Part shown: in pieces, positions 54,860 through 64,000 of the stretch
Layout: the number at the start of each line of letters is the position of its first letter
How positions within the stretch are numbered: the first letter of the stretch is position 1
Assembly (NCBI GenBank): GCA_951406725.2
Contig: OX597823.1
Coordinates: forward strand, 98,642,001-98,706,000
Reading direction: 5' to 3'
DNA: 64,000 nucleotides
DNA from: Octopus vulgaris
Lineage: Eukaryota
The notes under the pieces: generated by a model
What the model saw: the letters and a program-made list of their open reading frames with translations, nothing else
Database searches by the model: none
What the model was told of the DNA's origin: nothing
Made by a program: the position numbers and the translations under genes

Positions 54860-55726
54860 TTGGATACGTACGTGTGTATACATACATATGGGTGTATATG
54901 TATTTATTTTTCATGTAGGTCTTTGTATGAATCCACATGGTCTTCAATATTAAGTTGTTTTTATGTATGTTTGTACTTATTTGTACTTTTTTATTTACTG
55001 GTACTTGATAATTCATTATAACATATATACATATATATGTATATGTGTGCATTTGTGTATGCACACATATGCACGAGAGTATGTGTATGTGCATGTATAT
55101 CCGTATATATGTGTGTGCATATTTATGTGTGCATGGATGTGTGAGCGCATGTTTGCGTATGCACACATGTGTGTACGCATGTGTATGTGTGTGTGCATGC
55201 GTGTATGTATGGGCGGTTGTATGTGCGCACATGTTTGTGTGTGCGCGCATATATGTGTGCATGTATGTATGTTTACATATGTGTGGGTGCGTATGGTTAT
55301 ATGTACATACTTTTGTGTATGTATGTATATACTTATATGTATATGTATGTACGTATGTTTATGTGTGTGCGTGCGCATTTGTGTATAGGTCTGTGTATAT
55401 ATTTGGATGTATGACCTTGTATGTATGTGTGGGTTGATGAATGGATGTATATTGGTATGCATGCAGATGTGCAATTACATGTGTCTGAGGAGTGTGTATG
55501 TGGGTATATTAATGCTTGTATGTGGTGCGTGTATATATGTGTGCGTGTATCTAGGTATATATGTTTATAGATTTATATGTATGTATATGTAGGTGTGCAT
55601 ATGTGTGTGTGTATTTATGTGTGTGTGTCTGTAACTATATATATATATATATATATACATATGTATAAGTGTAAGTGTGCACGTGTGTGTGCTGTTGAAT
55701 GTTTGTATATCTGTGTGTATGTGTGT

Positions 55727-55771
<45 letters not shown>

Positions 55772-56090
55772 TGTAGTCGTGCATATATGTTTGTATATGT
55801 TTTGTGTGTATGTGTATGTGCTGTTGAAGTTGTGTGTGTGTGTGTACATATGGATATGTATTTATGTCTATTTAAGAAGTGTGTTTGTATGTATGCGGAT
55901 ATATATATATATATATATATGTCTATTCAAGTAGGGTGTATGTATGTATATGAATGTATGTATATTGTATATGTATATTTTGCGTATGTGTGGCTGTTTA
56001 TAGGTCTGTATGCAGGTGTACATGTGAATGTTTATGTACGTGATATGAGTGTATATATGTATATGCATATATATATTTACTTATGTACCT
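54860..56090. repeat. Long compound (GT/AT/GC) low-complexity satellite
   Basis: About 1.2 kb of alternating purine-pyrimidine sequence; the source of many spurious ORFs. Confidence 0.9.
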
Positions 56091-57722
56091 CAACCTATAT
56101 TGGATTAAGGTATTTGTTGTATTTATATAGGTTTATGGGAAACGGGTGGACTGATTATTTGTCTGTTTAGCTTTAACTACTTATGTGGTCCATCTCGATA
56201 GTAATGGTTTTGATCTAACATTTATTTAATTACGAGGATATAATTGTATTACCTTTGATCAATAATAAATTACCTATTATATATAGGGGTACATATATAT
56301 GATAATGGATAACCTTGGATTAATATTAAATAACCATCTTATATCAGTAAATGGATGGATAGGTATTAATGGAGAATTAAAATATGAATAGTTACATATT
56401 TGGGTAACATTAAAATTGTATATCGATCTCTAAAATATCCACAATAATAAACTTAAACTAGAAGATAATATATGGTCAAATACAGAATATTCTGTTTTTA
56501 TTACGGTATTTTGTACGACTTAACTTTTGCAATGAGTTTAATTGGAGAGGTGTAAAGGCTGATGTTAAGTTGATTGTATGGATTCGCATTATAGTAACGG
56601 TATATTTACACGGTGAATTTGATTTTTGTATCTTTCGTAAATTTCTTCCTATTTCTTTACCATAAATCTTGTCAAATGTGTAATGCATACCTTCTATTTC
56701 TTTCGAAAGCTTTGTCTGAATATTTTCCAACCTTTGCCAAATATATAGTCCTAACGTATAATACCCTTTTAGGCCATTTTTTATTTATTAGGAATTAGCA
56801 TAGTTTTCACTTTAAATGGTTTATAATATTATTTTTTTTAGTTATTAGTATGTATGTGTATGTATGTATATATGTGTATATGTGTATGTGGGTGTTTATA
56901 AGTATATGTATATGTGTATATATGTATGTATATGTGTATATATGTATGTATATGTGTATATGGATATGTACGTATGTATGTATGTATGTATGTATGTGTA
57001 TTTTAACCAACCAACCGTAACTAAGACAATGAAATTCAAATGTGTCAACCAATCGGATTTATCTTGAGATTGTAAATAACCTCCCCCCTACCCCCGTAAG
57101 ATTTCAAACCACTGTAATACTATATTAATAACAACGTAAGCATAGCCCGTAACGACCTATCTCTTACCTCTTGATCTGTGAACTCTACGTATGTACATGC
57201 ATATATCTTTTGTATGATGTAAAAGGATAAAATCTCTTTATATATGTATATGTATTAGTGGATGCTTTTTGCGCATGTATGTATATGCATATGCATGGTT
57301 TTGTTACCTGTGTGTATATATATGTATGCAGATTAAGACTGAAGTTTCGATTTTGACTGTATGATATATGAATATAATGGCACTATTTGTTACATTATTT
57401 GTTGAATAAATGTATTTGCATCTTCCATAGCCATCTGTCTATATATTATGTTATACTATATTATATATGTAATATATTATACTATATTTTATGTGGTATT
57501 TTCCATCTACTATGTATTGTGAATAGCAGAATGTACATATTCCATTATTGGTATTATTAATAATAATAATAATATTAATAGTTTTGGTAATTTAATATAA
57601 TGAACTTTGGACTTTGTATATGTACCCATTGATGTGGATGTATATGTATACTCCAGTATATATATTTGATTATCTGTAACCTTATGTGTATCTATATTAT
57701 TATATATATACTTATATATATG

Positions 57723-57773
<51 letters not shown>

Positions 57774-57775
57774 GA

Positions 57776-58005
57776 AGGCGGCGAGCTGGCACAAACGTTA
57801 GCGCGCCGGACGAAATGCTTAGCGGTATTTCGTCTGCCGTTACGTTGTGAGTTCAAATTCCGCCGAGGTTGACTTTGCCTTTCATCCTTTTGGGGGTTGA
57901 TAGATTAAGTACCAGTTACGCACTGGGGTCGATGTAATCGACTAAATACCTATATCTGTCCTTGTTTGTCCCCTCTATGTTTAGCCCCTTGTGGGTAGTA
58001 AAGAA
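57776..58005 (+). mobile_element. Family-A SINE inserted in the right pLTR
   Basis: Head 'ggcggcgagctggc', B box and conserved core. Confidence 0.9.
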
Positions 58006-58033
58006 ATATATATATATATATATACATATATAT

Positions 58034-59470
58034 GGCGTTAGGAAGGGCATCCAGCCGTAGAAACACTGCCAGATTTGACTGGGCCTGATGAAGCCTTCTG
58101 GCTTCACAGACCCCAGTAGAACCGTCCAACCCATGCTAGCATGGAAAACGGACGCTAAACGATGATGATGATGATGATGATGATATATATATTAAGTTAA
58201 TCCAAACAAGAAAGCAGAAAAAAAAAACACAATGCGAGGACGTGGAACAAATATAGTATTATTGGACATATATATATATATATATATCAAAATCAAAACA
58301 AATTCAATGGAATTTGTATCTTTGTGGTACCAGTGCCGGTGGCACACAAGAAAACTATCCGAACGTGGCCGTAGCCAGTACCGCATCGACTGGCCTCCGT
58401 GCTGTGGGCACACAAGAAAACTATCCGAACGTGGCCGTAGCCAGTAACGCATCGACTGGCCTCCGTGCTGTGGGCACGTAACAAACACCATCCGATCGTT
58501 CGCCAGCCTCATCTGGCACCTGTGTCGGTGGCACATAAAAACACCATCCGAAGACCTGGCAAGACTAGTCAGGCCATAACCCGTGGACCCTACCTGGGAC
58601 GTGCATACCTTCCTTCTTGTGACACTTGTGAAGACCTGTTGAGGCAAGTGAAAATCAAATCAAAATAGATGAACATCAATGGAATTTGTATCTTTGTGGC
58701 ACACAAGAAAACCATCCGAACGTGGCCGTAGCCAATACCGCATCGACTGGCCTCCGTGCTGTGGGCACGTAACAAACACCATCCGATCGTGGCCGTTCGC
58801 CAGTCTCATCTGGCACCTGTGTCGGTGGCACATAAAAACACCATCCGAAGACCCGGCAAGAATAGTCAGGCCATAACCCGTGACCCCTACCTGGGACGTA
58901 GTCAGTCCACCTGTGCATACCTTCCTTCTTGTGACACTTGTGAAGACCTGTTGAGGCAAGTGAAAATCAAAATCAAAATCAAATCAAATTAAAACAAATC
59001 AAAATAGATGAACATCTTGTGAAGACCTGTTGAGGCAAGTGAAAATCAAAATCAAAATAGATGAACATCAATGGAATTTGTATCTTTGTGGTACCAGTGC
59101 CGGTGGCATACAAGAAAACCATCCGAACGTGGCCGTAGCCAGTGCCGCATCGACTGGCCTCCGTGCTGTGGGCACGTAACAAACACCATCCGATCGTGGC
59201 CGTTCACCAGCCTCATCTGGCACCTGTGTCGGTGGCACATAAAAACACCATCCGAGCGTGGCCGTCTGCCAGCCTCGTCTGGCACTGTGTCGGTGGCACA
59301 TAAAATCACCCACTACACTCTCGGAGTGGTTGGCGTTAGGAAGGGCATCCAGCTGTAGAAACACTGCCAGATCTGACTGGCCTGGTGCAGCCTTCGGGCT
59401 CCTCAGACCCCAGTTGAACCGTCCAACCCATGCTAGCATGGAAAGTGGACGTTAAATGATGATGATGATG
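58034..59470 (+). mobile_element. Family-C repeats with internal tandem amplification
   Basis: Three ~370-390 bp units starting 'caatggaatttgtatctttgtgg' (about 58305, 58677, 59069), built from 'ccatccga.cgtggccgt' sub-repeats, ending in (GAT)n. Confidence 0.85.
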
Positions 59471-59529
<59 letters not shown>

Positions 59530-59711
59530 CACTTTCATTATCCTCATTTTTATTGCTGTCATCATTTTATTATTGTAGTCATTGTAATAATCATCATCTA
59601 CATCATCATAATCATTATTATTATTATTATTATATATATATATTCTTGTGTATATGTATTTTGTTTCATATTTATATTTGCATGTTTATATTTTTATAAT
59701 TGTACTTTATA

Positions 59712-59837
59712 ATCTCTGACGAAGCCTTGAGATATATATATAAGTAACTCATTTTTAAGTGCATATTACCTCAATACACATGACTAATATAGGCACAATG
59801 AGATACCGTTATCTACAGGCTGAAACAGCTGTAAGAT
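59712..59837 (+). ncRNA. Type-I hammerhead with large helix-II insert (right pLTR)
   Basis: ATCT-CTGACGA-AGCCT...89 nt...AGGCT-GAAAC-AGCT-GTA-AGAT. Confidence 0.85.
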
Positions 59838-60030
59838 CCATTTTATATGTATTATTTTTATGGTATTGTCTTACTTATTGATGTATATTGTTTTATTCTG
59901 TTTTATTCTGTTGGATTTGGATGTTTCTATTTAATCTAAATAATTAGTTAATAAATTATATGAATTGGTATTATCTGGAAGTTGATGATTGAAAGGAATC
60001 TGTTCCTCCATTTTCTTATTTGTATGTATA

Positions 60031-60109
<79 letters not shown>

Positions 60110-61230
60110 TGCAAGTTTGTAAACGTAATGAACGATAAAAAGACAACAAAGGAGAAATAAATTTTAACAAGGGTGATATTGGTTTAAAGCTTTCATGGAA
60201 ATAAAAAGTATCTTAACGTTTCGGACGTTAGTAATTCATCAGAATGACTAATGAAACATTGAAGGAGAAAAAGACATTATGAATAAAAGGGAGGAAAAAA
60301 GGACGAAGGTGGGGATGCGGTTCTATGGAAGGAGTTAAGTAAAAAAGAGTAACGTGGCATGTGCGCAGCTATAGGAGTCTGGGTTTATGTGTTTGTATGT
60401 AGGGGTAGGCATGTACGGAAGTATATTTGGTGTAGATTTACGAGAATATGAAGTCTCGATGTGTGTGTGTATGTGCATGTGTATGTGTGCGTGTGTGTGC
60501 AATTGCTGTGTGTGGTAAGAAAGCATCGATATGAGGGAGTGAGAGCGTGTGAGGAAAACAGTTGCTGGTGAGGCAAATGGGGAGGCATGAGGAATGTGAT
60601 AGATGTGAGTGAAACTCAAGGAGTACAAACATTCACGAAGAAATGTTTAAACTAAAACGAGCAAAAGAGAAAATGTATGAGTTCTGTGAGGAGAAATTAA
60701 AATGCGTTTGTTTGGCAAGTACCTTGATCTGAGTTTGCGTATCGAAACTAAAACATTTACAAGAAAGAAAAGGTTTTTAATCGTTTGAGTACACCTAAAA
60801 AGTATGTAGGGAATACGACCGTACGTAAGGAGTTGGTGACAAATGTCTCCTTTTGAACGCCGAACAGTCACCCCTAACAAAATTAGAAGCCAAACACATG
60901 ATATAAAGAATATGTGCCAAAGAAATAAATGAGGACGACAACCGTTCTACTGTTTGAGAGAAGAAGACTTTATTTACAATAGTGTACAACGAGAGTGTGT
61001 GTGAGTGCTAGCAAAGTGGAGTTTCTGTGTGCATGCGACAAGTGTTTGTGTCTGTGTGTTCGTGTGTGCGACAGAAGGTGTATGCGTATAAAACAGAATA
61101 CAGAGCATAAGATGAGTCTCTCAGCATATTGAGTGAAGATGGAATTAGTTTACCAGTTCGTGAGATACACAATAGCAATAGTTCTGTAACAGGATGTTGG
61201 GGTCACAAGGCAGAATGCCGGTTGAACACA
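60110..61230 (-). mobile_element. Probable PLE 3' region with decayed hammerhead (60210-60248)
   Basis: Minus strand CUGAUGA-A-uuac-uaac-GUCC-GAAAC-GUU. The minus strand is pyrimidine-rich and its terminus resembles 20640-20720, ending at (TA)n. Confidence 0.5.
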
Positions 61231-61235
61231 TGTCG

Positions 61236-61849
61236 TGTAGCGGTTGTGGCTTCAATGCCGTGCCGGGTCTCTTGATAGAGGAAGTTCTTTCAGGTAGACT
61301 GGAGCTGTTTACCTCGGTTAAATATTCACAACAGTGTGGAGTTTAAACCTGAGCGAGTGCTGTGTACGTATTTGAAGTTGATGGTGGTGGAGACGTCCTA
61401 CGCTGCTGGTGTATATTAGCGTTGTCATGGCTGGATCAGTAACATGGTTGGCTGACTGGTCGTCTGTCGCTAGAACTGGAACATGGCTGAGTCGCTAGGT
61501 GGTCAGAGGTTAGTCCTGAAAAGGACTGGCACCTAAGACCAGTGTTGCTGGAACATGGTTGAGTAGCTCTGCGGTCAGTGACTTAGAAGGTCTAGAGCCA
61601 AAGACGAATAATAGTCTGTCGATCTCGCCCTTTTAAAGGGTTTAGGTGACTTAAATGAAGCATCTTATCCGAAGGCCGTGATTGGTTGGCTTACACACTG
61701 GCGCGAAATAAGTCGAGAGACAAACTGCGCCAATGCCAACCAATCAGAGCAGTGGACACAACAGGGTCAAACTAGCCAAAGATGGTTGTTATCTCACACG
61801 GGATCATTTCTAATATCTCTCAAACACTGAGGATATCAGTTACGCTACA
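61236..61849 (-). mobile_element. Probable solo LTR (614 bp)
   Basis: Termini TGTAGCG...CGCTACA, internal CCAAT boxes, and TATA-like 'tttaaaagggcg' on the minus strand. No TSD is visible. Confidence 0.5.
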
Positions 61850-62442
61850 AGTATTACGTTTATTTCCATTTGTTTCTTAATAAATATGAAGTGTCAAAAA
61901 GATTTTTCGCGCTTCTAATGCTTGGTTAGTGATGCAATGTTTTTGTGTCTGCTAAAACTTTATAAATTTCTTGAGTGATTTTTTTCCTTTATTTTCCCTC
62001 TTTTTATGCATTATACTTGTGGGCGTTTTGTTACTTTCAAATTCATAGCATTTTTTGCTTTCCTTTTCTTCTTAGACATAAATGAATTACTTCATAAGTT
62101 AAGCAGACAGATAAAAAAGATCATTAACTGTTCCAGTTCCTGAATAAAACTGTAAATAATAAAACGAACAAAGAAACTAATAAAATGCATGAGAAAATCT
62201 ACTTAAACTTGAATAATTTAGGCAGCAACTTATTTTCAACAGGTTTAATGGAATTGTGTTAATGACCAGGCCACATAAGTAGGACAAAGTAAATGTTAAT
62301 TTCTATGAATTCTAAAATGACTAAAAACTACTTTTCCATGCTGTAATTACTTCGATTTCAGCACACAGATCTTAGATTGAGGGTCTTGCCAGAAGAGCCC
62401 AACATACGCTATAAAGTTTTTATTGATGTGCTGTTCAAATCG

Positions 62443-62474
<32 letters not shown>

Positions 62475-62602
62475 TTAACTATTTTAATCAATTGTATCTT
62501 CTTTTTTAAACAAGAATATATTTAAGATATTTCGTATTTTACAAGATTATTTACGTATATTTATATATATTTATCTAATTAATTATTTTATTGTTGTTAT
62601 CT

Positions 62603-62708
62603 TTAACCTGAAGAGTGGCTATATTTATATTGAAGTGATTTTACTACTACTACTATTATTATTACTATTATCATTTCTTAAATATAGCCACGAAACACGT
62701 GTCATTAT
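62603..62708 (+). ncRNA. Type-I hammerhead with 13-bp helix II capped by a microsatellite loop
   Basis: CTGAAGA-GTGGCTATATTTA...51 nt...TAAATATAGCCAC-GAAAC-ACGT-GTC. Helix I is weak (taa/tta). It lies in an AT-rich pLTR-like block (62472-62870) between two (TA)n tracts. Confidence 0.75.
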
Positions 62709-62997
62709 TCTACCAAATATATACGTTTTATTTATTATTTTGCACATTATTTAATCATTGTTATATGTTTTATCTTATATTTAATCTTTCTATAATATAT
62801 AATATTTCTAAATGGCATAATTTAATTTTTCCTTATTGAATTGATAAAAGGTGGGTTTTTTTCTAATTTATATATATATAGATATACGAAAGAAGGTTTT
62901 AAATGGCAATTTTAAAAGATGTTTATTTACTTTACCGGTTTCACTCTTTGGAAAAAGATTGTCAAAAGTAACATATAAAAGTTTGGTTATGTTAATT

Positions 62998-63425
62998 ATT
63001 GGTTGTTACAAAATGCTACAATACAGTCTTTGGTAACAAGAACATGTTAAGGACATAAAAAAGTTTAACAAGTTCCTTAAAATATTGGGCACAAAAGATT
63101 ACAACATAAATATACATTCTCAAGAAAATGTTAAAGATAGTTTCCAGAAGGAATTATTAAAAAGTTCAGTGGAATATTGGTATTGTATCTGTATATTCAT
63201 ACACGCACAGAATATTGGTTGTCACAAAATACTACAATACATATATATACATTCTTTGGTGACAAGAGCATGTTAAGAACATAAAAAAGTTTAACAAATT
63301 CATTAAAATATTGGGCACAAAAGATTACAACAAATATATACATTCTCAAGAAAATGTTAAATATAGTTTCCAGAAGGAATTATTAAAAAGTTCAGTGGAA
63401 TATTGGTATACAAGCACAGAATATT
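62998..63425 (+). repeat. Tandem duplication, ~220-bp unit x2
   Basis: 'tattggttgt.acaaaat.ctacaatac...catgttaag.acataaaaaagtttaacaa...aaagttcagtggaatattggta' occurs twice. Confidence 0.9.
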
Positions 63426-63629
63426 ATGAGTTCAAAAAAGTTTACATTATAGTAGTAGGGAAGCTCAAACTGACCTGTCCACCATGTTAATTAATGTAAA
63501 AGACTATTATCTATTTCAAGGGGCACTGTAGGCGTGTTTGGGTGGAGGGAAGGAAGAGTAATGTGGAACTGAAAAGAATTTCACCTTTTTGTCTCTCCTT
63601 CACGCATCAATGATTTGGGGGATTGGTCT

Positions 63630-64000
63630 TTAGAGGTCAGAATGGTTCCAGTGTGTGTCTCTTTGTGTGTGTGTGTGTGTATATACATATGTGGTGTGAA
63701 TAGATGTGTCTGTGTGTTTGTAAAATCTGGTAGGATGGTGTGTGTATATGTGTGCCTGTTTGTCAACCGTGTGTGTGATTGTCTTGGTGTTGTGTGTGAG
63801 TGTGTGTGTATGTGCATGATTGGCATTTGTCATGGTGCTGTGTGTGTGTATATGTGTGTCTGTATGGAGGTCAGAATGGTGTGAGTGTGTGTCTTTGTGT
63901 GAGTGTATATATGTATACATGTGTTTGTGTGTGTGGGGGGCTGTTTTTGATTGTTCCCAGGGTCCATTGTGGTGTAAATAGATGTGTGTGTTTTTAGAAA
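63630..64000. repeat. GT-rich compound satellite
   Basis: Repeats of 'gaggtcagaatggt' and 'tgtggtgt.aatagatgtgt' among (GT)n. Confidence 0.7.

Larger units (their letters stand above)
51778..60025 (+). mobile_element. 5'-truncated PLE with inverted pseudo-LTRs and nested insertions
   Basis: The left arm 51950-52650 is the reverse complement of 57450-57720 plus 59630-60025. A GIY-YIG ORF remnant lies between the arms, and each arm holds an HHR. Confidence 0.85.

Noticed and set aside
56476-56730. 84-aa antisense ORF inside the PLE 3' region
   Set aside because: It has no recognisable motif, and its length is compatible with chance.
58288-59300. Repeat-spacer-like periodicity resembling a CRISPR array
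   Set aside because: The 'spacers' are themselves repeated, the context is a eukaryotic retroposon, and there are no cas genes.
61236-61400. Possible degenerate GIY-YIG coding remnant on the minus strand
   Set aside because: The motifs are too weak, and the segment is better explained as part of the TG...CA bounded LTR-like unit.

Overview
This is AT-rich, repeat-saturated eukaryotic DNA with no confidently identifiable host gene. The SINE families and the dense (TA)n/(AAT)n/(CA)n microsatellites suggest a cephalopod, probably Octopus; that is inference from repeat style. Most short ORFs in the track are microsatellite or repeat artefacts. The recognisable content includes: a full-length but decayed mariner (13150-14433, TA TSD) plus two other mariner fragments; a near-full-length Neptune-type Penelope-like element (PLE; RT + GIY-YIG, about 16930-20720); two GIY-YIG fragments of a second PLE clade, one inside an ~8 kb element with inverted pseudo-LTRs; R4/Dong, RTE, L1/Tx1 and CR1/Jockey-type LINE relics; a Helitron 3' end fused to an L1/Tx1 5' end; a MITE with internal (CCCTAA)4; a probable solo LTR; and many tRNA-derived SINEs. 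The signal the ORF track misses is a constellation of about 11 minimal type-I hammerhead-ribozyme motifs on both strands. These include a textbook copy (31848-31898), copies with very large helix-II inserts (52129-52258, 59712-59837, 62603-62708), and one carried by a multi-copy tRNA-headed SINE (28775-28975). The last suggests a Pol III-driven, ribozyme-bearing SINE mobilised by PLE machinery.
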